From Acidimicrobiia bacterium (GTDB lineage Bacteria > Actinomycetota > Acidimicrobiia > Spongiisociales > ZC4RG35): a stretch of 64,000 nt of DNA. This document shows, in pieces, positions 18,839 through 28,412 of the stretch. How positions within the stretch are numbered: the stretch's first letter is position 1; every line of letters begins with the position of its first letter. The position numbers and the translations under genes are program-made. A model generated the notes under the pieces. The model saw only the letters and a list, made by a program, of their open reading frames with translations, was not told the origin of the DNA and did not search any database. Where the stretch lies: positions 51,430 to 115,429 of the forward strand of contig DATABS010000013.1 of the NCBI GenBank assembly GCA_036259475.1, read 5' to 3'.

Positions 18839-19450
18839 GTGGCTCGGTTGCTTCTCGTTCGGCATGCACCTACTCCGGAAACCGGAACCAAGCTGACCGG
18901 CCGCCTACCGGGTGTCGGGCTCGGGGACACCGGGCGCCGGGCCGCGCAGCGGACGGCGGAGCGCCTCAGCGACCTGAAACTCGCCGCCGTCTACGCCTCA
19001 CCGATCGAGCGGACGTGGGAGACCGCGGCGATAATCGCCGCCCCTCACGGGCTTCAGCCGGTATCCGAAGAGGGGCTCGTCGAAGTGGACTATGGCAAGT
19101 GGTCAGGCCGCTCGCTCAAGTCGCTGAGCCAACTGAAGGCGTGGTGGACCGTCCAGGTGACACCGTCGCGAATGACCTTTCCGGAAGGTGAGAGCCTGGC
19201 GGCGGCACAGCACCGGGCGGTGGAGGCGTGCGAGCGTCTGGCAGCTGCCCACGGCAAGGAAACCATCGCGTTGGTGAGCCACTCCGACATCATCCAGTCG
19301 ATCGTCAGCCACTATCTGGGCCAGCCACTTGACCTGTTCTCCCGCATCGTGATATCGCCGACATCGGTTACCGTCGTCGATGTGCCCCGTCAGGGGATAC
19401 CGCGGGTGATGGCGGTCAATACCACCGGAGCGGAAGGATCGTGGCGATGA
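18839..19450 (+). CDS. Histidine phosphatase, MSMEG_4193 family
   Basis: LLVRHA, YASPIER, EVDYG.WSG, LVSHSD. Confidence 0.9.
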   Translation: MARLLLVRHAPTPETGTKLTGRLPGVGLGDTGRRAAQRTAERLSDLKLAAVYASPIERTWETAAIIAAPHGLQPVSEEGLVEVDYGKWSGRSLKSLSQLKAWWTVQVTPSRMTFPEGESLAAAQHRAVEACERLAAAHGKETIALVSHSDIIQSIVSHYLGQPLDLFSRIVISPTSVTVVDVPRQGIPRVMAVNTTGAEGSWR

Positions 19451-19941
19451 GAGACCTGGGACCGGCCGAGGAGTTCGTGGCGGGTGCTCTCGGTGAGCCG
19501 GGTGAACGCCACTTCTATATCCAGGTCACCGCCGCCGGTGAGACGGTGTGGCTCCACGCCGAAAAGCAACAGGTCGCCACCCTCAGCTCCCAGTGCCTCG
19601 CGCTCCTCGCCGCCTCCGACATAACGCCTGACTCCGCCGCCGTCGCCAAGCTGAAGGACGAACTGGCGGTGCGAGAACCAGAAGTGGAGCTGTTCCCCGT
19701 CGGGGACATCCAGGTGGCTGTACTCGAGTCGGAGCTGATCGCCATCGTCATCTCCGCCCCGGAGGGTGAAGCCGACGACGACTCCATCCGCTTCCTCGTC
19801 GCCCCCGAGCAGGTCCAGGCCATGGCCGAGGTGGGACTCGAGGTGGTAGCCGCCGGCCGCCCCATCTGCCCGCATTGCCATCTCCCCGAGGATCCGCTCG
19901 GTCACCGGTGTCCGGCGACCAACGGTCATTTTCCAGCCTGA
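19441..19941 (+). CDS. DUF3090 family protein
   Basis: GALGEPGERHFYIQ, EKQQV, AGRPICPHC..P.DP.GH.CP..NGH. Confidence 0.9.
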   Translation: MAMRDLGPAEEFVAGALGEPGERHFYIQVTAAGETVWLHAEKQQVATLSSQCLALLAASDITPDSAAVAKLKDELAVREPEVELFPVGDIQVAVLESELIAIVISAPEGEADDDSIRFLVAPEQVQAMAEVGLEVVAAGRPICPHCHLPEDPLGHRCPATNGHFPA

Positions 19942-19962
19942 GTCGTCCGTTAGCCTCTCGCC

Positions 19963-20640
19963 GTGGAGCGAACGGATCCGTCATACGTCGTACTGGTGTC
20001 AGTCGATGGCGTGTTCAATGACGCCTCCAACGCCACCCTCCTCGCTCGGGACCGGGAGGGGACCCGCTGGGTATACAAACCCGATGAAGGGGAGCGCCCA
20101 CTGTGGGACTTTCCCACCGGCACTCTCTCGCGCCGGGAGATCGCGTGTTTTCGAGTCTCACGAGCTGCCGGCTTGGACGTCGTCCCTGAGACGCTCCTCG
20201 CCGAGGGCCCATACGGAGCCGGATCGGCCCAGCGATTCCTCGATCAGGATCTGACCTGGGATCCCCGCCCGCTGATCGTCGCGGCCGACGATCGACTCTG
20301 GCCAGTGGCAGTTCTCGACCTGATCGTCAACAACGCCGACCGAAAGATCGGACACCTGCTAAGACAGCCGGAGGACGATCGGATATGGGCCATCGACAAC
20401 GGGCTCAGCTTCCACACCGACGACAAGCTCCGCACGGTGCTCTGGTCGTTCGCCGGCCAGCCGATTCCTCAACCGATCATCGGGCGTCTCGACGCCGATC
20501 AGATGACCCTCGCGGTGGGCGACCTCCTGGCGCCGGCGGAAGTGGAGGCCACCGCAGTCCGGGTCTCGCATCTCCTGGATGATCCCGTCCATCCCTTGCC
20601 CCCCTCGGACCGTCCGCCTATGCCCTGGCCGTTGTGGTGA
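19963..20640 (+). CDS. SCO1664-family protein (PI3/4-kinase-like fold)
   Basis: VYKP..GERPLWDFP.GTL..RE, DLIVNNADRKIGH, IDNGLSFH. Confidence 0.9.
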   Translation: MERTDPSYVVLVSVDGVFNDASNATLLARDREGTRWVYKPDEGERPLWDFPTGTLSRREIACFRVSRAAGLDVVPETLLAEGPYGAGSAQRFLDQDLTWDPRPLIVAADDRLWPVAVLDLIVNNADRKIGHLLRQPEDDRIWAIDNGLSFHTDDKLRTVLWSFAGQPIPQPIIGRLDADQMTLAVGDLLAPAEVEATAVRVSHLLDDPVHPLPPSDRPPMPWPLW

Positions 20641-20723
20641 ACTTCCAGACAGAAGGAATCCACCGCATTACGATACTTATCGTTCGTAGGCAATCCGTCA
20701 CACGACGGAGGAGAGGAAGAGAA

Positions 20724-20993
20724 ATGGGAATCATCTGGACGATCATCGTGGGGTTGATCGTGGGGGCGATCGCTCGCCTCCTCGTACCCGGCAGAGATCC
20801 CCTTGGCTGGATTGCCACCATCCTGCTCGGAATCGGTGGCGCCATCCTGGGTAGCTTCGTAGCGAGCCTCTTCGACGACTCGGAGGGCGTCTCCATCGAC
20901 GTGGTGAACACCGGCCTGTGGGGATGGATCCTGTCGATCCTTGGGGCCATCGTTCTGGTCCTCATCTATCGCCAGATGAAGGTCCGCACCTAA
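20724..20993 (+). CDS. GlsB/YeaQ/YmgE stress-response membrane protein
   Basis: IIVGLIVGAIARLLVPGRDP.G...TILLGIGGAILG. Confidence 0.9.
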   Translation: MGIIWTIIVGLIVGAIARLLVPGRDPLGWIATILLGIGGAILGSFVASLFDDSEGVSIDVVNTGLWGWILSILGAIVLVLIYRQMKVRT

Positions 20994-21015
20994 TACTCCC
21001 ACGATTAACCTGACG

Positions 21016-21050
21016 GAGCCCGAACCCGCAAGGGTTCGGGCTCTTCTATT
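21016..21050 (+). terminator. Intrinsic terminator
   Basis: GAGCCCGAACCC-GCAA-GGGTTCGGGCTC perfect 12 bp stem, then TTCTATT. Confidence 0.85.
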
Positions 21051-21069
21051 TCGAGCCGATAACGGTCCC

Positions 21070-22713
21070 ATGGTCCCACCCTGGTTGCGATGGCGTTGGA
21101 TGGCCCTGATGAGCCTGTCGGCGCTCGCCGTGTCGGGATGCGCCGCCACCGCCGTGGCACCCTCCGTGCCCCTCCTGGCCGACGCCGAAGACAAAGCGAC
21201 GGCAACGTCGTTGCAGAAGGCGACGACGCTCCCACCCACCACCACCACCACGACGACTCAGCCCGCTCCTACGATCACCACGACAACCGCGCCGCCGGCT
21301 CCCCCGACTGCCATCGTGCGGGCGTGTCCCCATCCTGAAGCCACTCCCCCGCCGGTCGGAGGCGAACCCGTCAGCGCCTCGGTGGCGGTGACTCACTCCA
21401 TCATCTGCGGTACCACCGACATCGTCGTGGCGACAGCGGAGGAGGCCGATGGGCTCCCCAGCCGGATGGCTGCGACGATCGGCGCGCCGCTTGTCTACGC
21501 CTCAACGGAAAGGCCCTACGATCCCGCCCGCCTCGGAGCAGCCCGCGTCTGGACGACCGATGCGGCCTTGGTCACCGCCGGAAGCCATGCGATCCTCCCT
21601 CTGGCAGATCAGACAACGGAGGAGATTCCCTACCTCGTCGCCTCGGTCGACAAAGGCGTCGTAACGAAGGAAGCCGTGGGGGCGTCGATCGAAGCGGCGT
21701 CAGAGGCCCCCACGCTCGTGGTGGTATCCCCACAACAGCCGCAATTGGCCGCCAGCGCCGCGGCTGCGGCCGCCGCGGTCGACGGCACAACGGTATGGTC
21801 CGCGCCGGGCGACATGCGACGCCGACGTAGCTTGGCTTCGCTGGCGGAGAACTCAGCTGGACGGTTTCTCGTCGGCGACTTCTCCTTGGCCTCCTCCTGG
21901 CAGCTCGACGTGCTCGCCGCCGGCAAGCAACTCCCCGGCGGAGGACAGGTCCTCTTCCCGGACAAGCGCCTCGTCGCGTTGTATGGGCATCCGCAGACCT
22001 CGGTGCTGGGCGTCCTCGGTGAGCAACCCGTGGCCGAGGCGGTCACCCGCGCCGCCGACCTGGCCGCTCCCTACGGCACCGACGACGTGCCGGCAATTCC
22101 GACGTTCGAGCTGATCGCCACCACTGCCTCGTCCCGACCGGGCGAGGATGGGGACTACTCGGCGGAGCTGTCGGTGGACGAGCTTCGGCCTTGGGTGGAG
22201 ATGGCGGCCGAAGCAGGGCTCTACGTGGTGCTCGATCTCCAGCCCGGCCGGACTGACTTCCTCACGCAGGCCAAGCGATATGAGGAACTCCTCAGGCTCC
22301 CCCACGTTGGCCTGGCCCTCGACCCGGAATGGCGCCTGGGACCGGACCAGTTCCACCTCCGCCAGATCGGCTCCGTCTCGGCCGGCGAGGTCAACACTGT
22401 GGTGAGCTGGCTCGCCGACCTCGTCAGGAGGGAGCGACTTCCCCAGAAGCTGCTCCTCGTCCACCAGTTCAAGTTGTCGATGATCTCCGAGCGGGACCAG
22501 ATCGAGACACCATCCGAACTCGCCGTGGTGATCCAAATGGACGGACAAGGCCCGCTCGGAACCAAGAACGCCACGTGGGACACGCTGGTCGCGGCCGGGA
22601 ACAACGGCTGGGGGTGGGGTTGGAAGAACTTCTACGACGAGGATTCGCCCACACCGACCCCGCAACATGTGATGGGGCTCGACCCATTGCCGGTCTTCGT
22701 CAGCTACCAGTGA
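21070..22713 (+). CDS. Lipoprotein with a Thr/Pro linker and a conserved actinobacterial C-terminal (TIM-barrel-like) domain
   Basis: Lipobox AVSGC; LVALYGHP, VVLDLQPGR, GLALDPEW, LPQKLLLVHQF, DGQG. Confidence 0.75.
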   Translation: MVPPWLRWRWMALMSLSALAVSGCAATAVAPSVPLLADAEDKATATSLQKATTLPPTTTTTTTQPAPTITTTTAPPAPPTAIVRACPHPEATPPPVGGEPVSASVAVTHSIICGTTDIVVATAEEADGLPSRMAATIGAPLVYASTERPYDPARLGAARVWTTDAALVTAGSHAILPLADQTTEEIPYLVASVDKGVVTKEAVGASIEAASEAPTLVVVSPQQPQLAASAAAAAAAVDGTTVWSAPGDMRRRRSLASLAENSAGRFLVGDFSLASSWQLDVLAAGKQLPGGGQVLFPDKRLVALYGHPQTSVLGVLGEQPVAEAVTRAADLAAPYGTDDVPAIPTFELIATTASSRPGEDGDYSAELSVDELRPWVEMAAEAGLYVVLDLQPGRTDFLTQAKRYEELLRLPHVGLALDPEWRLGPDQFHLRQIGSVSAGEVNTVVSWLADLVRRERLPQKLLLVHQFKLSMISERDQIETPSELAVVIQMDGQGPLGTKNATWDTLVAAGNNGWGWGWKNFYDEDSPTPTPQHVMGLDPLPVFVSYQ

Positions 22714-22726
22714 TGGACGGCGCTTG

Positions 22727-23608
22727 TCACCGGCCCAGCCGGCGACGATACGGGTCGTAGCCGGCCCCGCCGGTGTCGTCCCACCGACCGGTGGCAGTGC
22801 GATAGTCGGGCGTCCAGGTCGCCCGCCGAATGCTGCCGCTCGACCGGACGATGAGGCCGACCACCACGCCGAATACGAAGCCGCCGACGTGGGCGGCCCA
22901 CGCCACGCCCGAGTTGGGATTGGTGAAGAACTGGGAGACGAACCAGAAGCCGAGGAGCCATTTCGCCCGCACATCGACGAGCGTGATGAAAAAGAAGAAG
23001 ACCGCCGTGCGCACCGGGGCGTCGGGAAACCAGACCAGGTAGGCACCCATCACCGCCGCGATGGCGCCGGAGGCGCCCACGACGGGGATCGTCGAGTCGA
23101 GGTTGAGGACGATGTGGGCTCCCGAGGCGAACAAACCGCCCAGCAGATAGAACAGCAGATAGCGGACATGGCCCATGTGGTCTTCGATGTTGTTGCCGAA
23201 GATCCACAGAAACAGCAGGTTCCCCCCGAGATGGAGCAGTCCGCCATGGAGAAACATCGACGTCAACAACGAAAGCCACACCGACTTGTCGGGGAAGATC
23301 TTGGGGCTGGTCGGCGAGCCGGCCCCGCACGCCTCGACGTCGGCACTCTGGCCGCCGAAGGTGGCCTCGATCTCGGGGATCGTCAGAGGTCGACCCTCGA
23401 CCACCTCGCAGGGAATTGCGGCGTTCTCCAGCGTGAAAGCGAGCGATTCGTCGGCGAACCGGATCACTCCCTCCTCAGTTTGGACCTCCACCGCCGTCCC
23501 TCCGCCGAACGGCTGCCAGAGGAAGAACAGCCACAGGCAGACGCCTATCAGGCCCACCGTCACGAATGGCGTCCGATGGGTCGGGTTCTCATCTTTCAGC
23601 GGGAGCAC
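22727..23608 (-). CDS. Rhomboid intramembrane serine protease
   Basis: SMFLHGGLLHLGGN, GASGAIAAVMGAY, AHVGGF. Confidence 0.94.
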   Translation of the reverse strand: MLPLKDENPTHRTPFVTVGLIGVCLWLFFLWQPFGGGTAVEVQTEEGVIRFADESLAFTLENAAIPCEVVEGRPLTIPEIEATFGGQSADVEACGAGSPTSPKIFPDKSVWLSLLTSMFLHGGLLHLGGNLLFLWIFGNNIEDHMGHVRYLLFYLLGGLFASGAHIVLNLDSTIPVVGASGAIAAVMGAYLVWFPDAPVRTAVFFFFITLVDVRAKWLLGFWFVSQFFTNPNSGVAWAAHVGGFVFGVVVGLIVRSSGSIRRATWTPDYRTATGRWDDTGGAGYDPYRRRLGR

Positions 23609-23684
23609 GTCACGTGAGACTACGGCAAACAGGGAGGCTGCGCCGAGCCTCTAGAGTCGGTCGAGTCACATACCGGAGGTCTAC

Positions 23685-24668
23685 TTGACGCAGTTCGCCT
23701 ACTTCTGCGGCCATGAGCAGTTTCAACCCGAGGAGCTCGTCCACCATGCCGTTCTGGCCGAGGAAGCCGGATTCGACATGGTCGTCGTATCGGAACACTT
23801 TCATCCTTGGGTCGACGACGATTCAGCCGCCGGGTTCGCTTTCTCGACCATCGGAGCCATGGCCCAGGCGACGGAACGGATCGAGTTCACGACCGGCGTG
23901 ACGACACCGCTCTTCCGATTCCATCCCGCCGTGGTTGCCCAGGCCGCCGCCACCCTGGACCGCCTTTCGGGCGGCCGATTCAGACTCGGGGTGGGGACCG
24001 GTGAGAACATAAACGAAGGCCCCTTGGGATACGACTTCCCGGCTTACAAGGAGCGCAACGCCCGCATGACTGAAGCGCTGGAGATAATGCGGCGGCTCCT
24101 CGATGGCGAAAAGCTGACGTTCGAGGGTGACTACTACCAGACCGACCGGGCGAAGCTCTACTCGCCTCCGGTACAAGAGCACCTGCCCATCTACCTGGCG
24201 GCCGGTGGCCCCAAGTCGGCCACTCTCGCCGGACAGAGGGCGGACGGCGTCATCACCTCGGTGAAGGTGCCAGGAGACACCCTGGAAAAGGTGGTGGAAC
24301 CTCTCAACGAGGCGGCGACGGAGGCTGGTCATCCTGCGCCGACGGTTCTCGCCACCCGCTGGTCGATCTGGGCGGAGACGGAGAACGAAGCCTGGCAGGC
24401 GCTCACGTCATGGCGCGGGCTTCGTGCCCCCGGCCGTTTGGAGGCGGTGGATCCCCAGACGCTGCGGGAACGAGCCGATGAGATGCCCCGTGAAGAGGTC
24501 CTCGAGCGCTACTCGCGGGTCACGACGCCGCAGGACATCGTCGACATCTACCGGCCGCTGATCGGCGAGCTGGGAGCCGACATAGTCACCTTCCAGATGG
24601 TCGCCCTCGACCAGGAGCGGTTGATCACCAGCCTGGGCACTCAGGTCCTCCCCGCATTGAGGGACTAG
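23685..24668 (+). CDS. F420-dependent LLM-class oxidoreductase (G6PDH-F420 family)
   Basis: HEQF.P, SEHFHPW, LGVGTGENINE; TTG start after GGAGG. Confidence 0.9.
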   Translation: MTQFAYFCGHEQFQPEELVHHAVLAEEAGFDMVVVSEHFHPWVDDDSAAGFAFSTIGAMAQATERIEFTTGVTTPLFRFHPAVVAQAAATLDRLSGGRFRLGVGTGENINEGPLGYDFPAYKERNARMTEALEIMRRLLDGEKLTFEGDYYQTDRAKLYSPPVQEHLPIYLAAGGPKSATLAGQRADGVITSVKVPGDTLEKVVEPLNEAATEAGHPAPTVLATRWSIWAETENEAWQALTSWRGLRAPGRLEAVDPQTLRERADEMPREEVLERYSRVTTPQDIVDIYRPLIGELGADIVTFQMVALDQERLITSLGTQVLPALRD

Positions 24669-25345
24669 CCGGCGCGGGTGACCCGTTCGATCAGGGCGAG
24701 AAGCGATTGGTGGGCTGACGCTTCCAGATCCGGGTTGCGCGCCGCCAATTGGAGGGAGGAAGCCGACTCGTTGAGCATTCCGACGACGGTCGCCGCATGA
24801 GAGTTGGCGGACGACAAGAGCGCCTCGACGCGGGGAACGAGACGTTCGGCAACGATGTGGCCGAAGGTCGCCATCAGGTCGATCTTCCAGTTCCCGTTGC
24901 GACGGAGGTAGAACACCCGCTCGGCCTCCGGCGTGACCACGCTGACCGCAACGTACTCCTCCCCGCCCTCTTGGAGTGTCTCCCCCGCTTCGATGGTCGC
25001 CTCGGCCAAGCTGAACTCGGGTTCCAGCGTCTGGGCGAAGCCCGACCAGAAGTTCGCCGCGACGGCGTCGGGGTCGTCTCCGATGGCCTCTACCACTTCG
25101 GTGGGGTTGGCTCCCTCCGCCAGCACCAGCAACCCCGCTTGCTCGGCATCGGTTATCGAGGGCGTGTCCTCGAAGCGGCCCTCGTTGATCGCCTCGAGCA
25201 GCGCCCTCACTACCTCGGTCGGCTCGAGATCCTCGGGAATCGTCGTTTCCAGAACGGCGGCGTCGCCCCGACAAGCAGCCAGCAGGGAGATCAGTGCCGC
25301 GAGCACCACAAGAGGTCGTCGGAGAGTCGACATCGGTCGGGACAA
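24665..25345 (-). CDS. Hypothetical lipoprotein
   Basis: Lipobox LAAC; last gene of the minus-strand Nif3 run. Confidence 0.7.
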   Translation of the reverse strand: MSRPMSTLRRPLVVLAALISLLAACRGDAAVLETTIPEDLEPTEVVRALLEAINEGRFEDTPSITDAEQAGLLVLAEGANPTEVVEAIGDDPDAVAANFWSGFAQTLEPEFSLAEATIEAGETLQEGGEEYVAVSVVTPEAERVFYLRRNGNWKIDLMATFGHIVAERLVPRVEALLSSANSHAATVVGMLNESASSLQLAARNPDLEASAHQSLLALIERVTRAG

Positions 25346-25346
25346 C

Positions 25347-25877
25347 TTAGCCCTGGTCGGTCCGCTTCCCGAGACGCCCCGTCTCGACCAGGCGGGCGCG
25401 GCCCTCGCTCTGTGACAGGCCCGTCGAGTAGGCCAGCCACCCCAGATAAGCGACGCCGATCACTTCGAGGATCCACCTCCACGGATCGGAGGCGGCGCGT
25501 TGGATGGCTCCTTCCCAGAATGATCCACCTGATTGGCCGACGAGTTCCCAGCCGAACGCCGGCCACAGAAACACCCTGCCATAAACCCACATCCCATCGA
25601 CGAGGAGGTGGAGAAGCCAGGCGACGACTAAAGCCATCCAGGCTCGCCGGCGCCGACCTCGCCGGATGCTGGCCATGACGACGACGCCCGCCAACGCCGG
25701 CATCGCCAGACTGTGGCCCCAAAACTCGGCGGTCTGGGTGCCCAGAATCGTCGCCGCCGCCATGTCGATCACGTCGGGAGCGACGGCACCCAATGCCAGG
25801 AAGCGAACATCGACCTTTGGATCGCGAAAGATCCACCGAAAGAGGAACGTGATCGAGGCGAGGTGCCAGACGAGCAC
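25347..25877 (-). CDS. Membrane-bound metal-dependent hydrolase (YdjM-like)
   Basis: GAVAPDVID, GHSL, LLHLLVD motifs. Confidence 0.8.
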   Translation of the reverse strand: MLVWHLASITFLFRWIFRDPKVDVRFLALGAVAPDVIDMAAATILGTQTAEFWGHSLAMPALAGVVVMASIRRGRRRRAWMALVVAWLLHLLVDGMWVYGRVFLWPAFGWELVGQSGGSFWEGAIQRAASDPWRWILEVIGVAYLGWLAYSTGLSQSEGRARLVETGRLGKRTDQG

Positions 25878-25879
25878 CT

Positions 25880-26587
25880 TCAGGGCACGAGGATCCGCCG
25901 GCAGTGGACACAGCGGGGCGGATCGCCCTTCTTCACCTCGACCGCCTCAGCGGGGGATAACCGCATGTGACATCCCCCGCATGTGTCGTCCTCGAGCCGA
26001 CCGATCGCAACGCCTTCCTTGGTGGAACGAAGCTTTTCGTATAGTTCGACGAGATCCGGCGGCACCGGGAACAGCGCCTCTCGCTTCCGTTCCTCCTTGC
26101 GGGCGATCTCGGCGTCGATCGTCCGCCACTCGGCAGTTATGTGGCTCTCGAGCTGGTCCTTTTCGGCGGTGAGGACCTCCAGCTGGTCTTCGAGGCGACT
26201 CACGGCCTCACGAGCAGGGTCTAGCCGGTCGAGCAGCCCCAGGACTCGCTCTTCCGAGGCGCTCTGCTGGCCGCGCAGCGACTGGACTTCCAATCGCATG
26301 TGCTCGGTCTCACGGGCTGACATTCCCCCGGCAAAGAGCCGCGTTTCCTGCTCCTTGAGTTTCTGCTCGAGGATCTCGAGCTCACCCTCGGCTTTGTCGG
26401 TATCGAGCTCGATCTGACGCAACTCGTCCTTGACGGTGCCGATCTGCTCGGTGAGATCGTCGATCTGCTCCTGAGTAGCGCGGTACCGCTCCAACTCGGG
26501 AAGGCTGGAACGACGATGGAGCAGGCGGTCGATCTCCAGGTCGAGGTCCTGGACGTCGAGGAGATCGGCGAAGGCGGGTATCTCCAT
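25880..26587 (-). CDS. C4-type zinc-ribbon coiled-coil protein (DUF164)
   Basis: LLDVQDLDLEI coiled coil; CGGCHMRL...CVHCRRIL. Confidence 0.93.
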   Translation of the reverse strand: MEIPAFADLLDVQDLDLEIDRLLHRRSSLPELERYRATQEQIDDLTEQIGTVKDELRQIELDTDKAEGELEILEQKLKEQETRLFAGGMSARETEHMRLEVQSLRGQQSASEERVLGLLDRLDPAREAVSRLEDQLEVLTAEKDQLESHITAEWRTIDAEIARKEERKREALFPVPPDLVELYEKLRSTKEGVAIGRLEDDTCGGCHMRLSPAEAVEVKKGDPPRCVHCRRILVP

Positions 26588-26609
26588 GCCCGCCTCAGGG
26601 TAGTTGGCC

Positions 26610-27701
26610 CTAGGCCGGTCGAGACCAGGGGCCGTAACCGTCGCCGGTCAGGTCCTCGACCTCCACGGCCAGTCCGGCGACGAACTCGACGAGTGACCGC
26701 ATCCCCGGTAGTTCGGTGGCGGCGTGGCCGGGATCGATCACCGCAACGCCGGAGTCGAGCGCAGCCACGGCCCGATGATGGTCGATATCACCCGTGACGA
26801 TCGCCCGCGCCCCGGCGTTCCGCGCCGCACCGAGGAAGGAACCGCCCGAGCCCGGTACCACGGCTACCTTGCCGGGGGAGGACCTCTGGTCTCCTGCCAC
26901 TCGCAGACCGGCCCCACCGAGATGCTCTGCCACCACGGCGGCCAGGTCCCCGAGGGTGCCGTCCCGCGACCCGACCCGGCCGATCAGTCCGTGGTTGGAG
27001 CGGACGTCGTACACGTCGAAGGCCGGCTCCTCATACGGATGGGCCGCCACGAGGGCGGCGATCACCACCTCCTCCCGCGCCTTCGGCGCCAGCATCTCGA
27101 TTCGGGTCTCCGCTTCGAGGTTCATCTCGCCGGCCCGTCCCACGACCGGGTCGGCTCCCTCGCCGGCTGCGAAGCCGCCCGTCCCTTCCACCCGAAAGCT
27201 GCACGCGTCGTAGTTGCCGATTCGACCGGCACCCACCGCGGAGAGGGACTCCACCACGGTGTCCACCACCTCGGCGGGGACAAACGTGACGATCTTGATC
27301 TGGGCCGCACTTTCGATGGGCCCAAACGCCGCCACCTCGCCCAAACCCAACGCCTCCGCCAGGGAATCCGATGTCCCGCCGGGGGCGGCGTCGAAGTCGG
27401 TGTGGGTGGCAGCCAGGCCAATTCCGGCCGTGATCAGCCGAAACGCACGTCCGGACGCCGATCGATCCGGGACGAGTCGGTTCGTGGGCCGAAACAGCAG
27501 AGGGTGATAGGTCACGACCAGCCCCGGCCGGGTGTCGAGGAGTCGCTCCATCAACCCTTCGCTGACCTCGTGACAAACCGCGACCCGCCCCACCTCGACT
27601 TCCGGATCGCCGAATTGGAGACCGACCGGATCCCACGCCGCCGCCCGATCCGGTCGGGTGCGAAGAGCCAGGTCGTCGAGGAGAGATCTGATCGAACCCA
27701 T
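26610..27701 (-). CDS. Nif3-like dinuclear metal centre protein (YqfO type with a PII-like insert)
   Basis: WDPVGLQ, TYHPLLF, HTDFD, HPYEEPAFD, GDIDHH, GHAATE. Confidence 0.94.
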   Translation of the reverse strand: MGSIRSLLDDLALRTRPDRAAAWDPVGLQFGDPEVEVGRVAVCHEVSEGLMERLLDTRPGLVVTYHPLLFRPTNRLVPDRSASGRAFRLITAGIGLAATHTDFDAAPGGTSDSLAEALGLGEVAAFGPIESAAQIKIVTFVPAEVVDTVVESLSAVGAGRIGNYDACSFRVEGTGGFAAGEGADPVVGRAGEMNLEAETRIEMLAPKAREEVVIAALVAAHPYEEPAFDVYDVRSNHGLIGRVGSRDGTLGDLAAVVAEHLGGAGLRVAGDQRSSPGKVAVVPGSGGSFLGAARNAGARAIVTGDIDHHRAVAALDSGVAVIDPGHAATELPGMRSLVEFVAGLAVEVEDLTGDGYGPWSRPA

Positions 27702-27728
27702 GCGAGACCTAGGCGCCTGCTCGACCGC

Positions 27729-28328
27729 TCAAGAGGATGGAATCGCCTCCGCCACCGGCCGACCGACCGCCAAAGCGTCGACAAGGTCGGGGATCGTCTC
27801 TCGATAGCGGGCATCGGGTTGAGTGCCGGTGGCGTCGGCCAACGCGGTGAAAAAGAGCCGAGCCGCCGCGGCCGATGCCACATCGAATATGTCAGCGTCG
27901 GACAACCCGAGCGAGCGAAGCTTGTCGATGTCCCCCTGGGTGATCGAGGACGGCTCCTGAGCGACCTTGGCCGAATAGTCCACGATCGCCTGCTCCACCT
28001 CGCTGAGCCCGGCCGCCCCGCCTCCCGCGAGAGCCACCACCTGATCGGGCTTGGAGCCGAGTTCGAGCAGCTTCTCCCCGTGGGAGAGGGTGCAGTAGCT
28101 GGATCGGCGGCGCACGGCGGCGGCCACGGTGGCCAGCTCGTACCAACGGGGATCCATCGCCCGCTTGACCGTCGTGTTCAACTGGGCCCAGGCAGCGAAC
28201 AGCGCCGGACGATGGCTGAACTCCTTGCCGTAGTTGGGTAGGTAACCGAGGCTCTGTCGTAACTGGGCGTACATCGAGGCGACGTCACCCTGTGCTGCCT
28301 CCTCGGGGATCGTCTCTATGAATGACAT
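27729..28328 (-). CDS. AhpD/carboxymuconolactone decarboxylase-like peroxidase-related protein
   Basis: GYLPNY...SHRP, YELATV, SSYCTLSHG; start MSFIETIPE at 28328. Confidence 0.88.
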   Translation of the reverse strand: MSFIETIPEEAAQGDVASMYAQLRQSLGYLPNYGKEFSHRPALFAAWAQLNTTVKRAMDPRWYELATVAAAVRRRSSYCTLSHGEKLLELGSKPDQVVALAGGGAAGLSEVEQAIVDYSAKVAQEPSSITQGDIDKLRSLGLSDADIFDVASAAAARLFFTALADATGTQPDARYRETIPDLVDALAVGRPVAEAIPSS

Positions 28329-28412
28329 TTCCGCTCCTCTCGGCGTGCAGTCGAATGTAGCTCGTCGGCGAACCCGGCTCCGCTCGAAGTGTCCGGCTCG
28401 TAGGCTGGATGC

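Noticed and set aside
21229-21295. ACC tandem repeat as a DNA-level element
   Set aside because: Encodes a Thr-rich lipoprotein linker; similar runs occur at 45330-45470.
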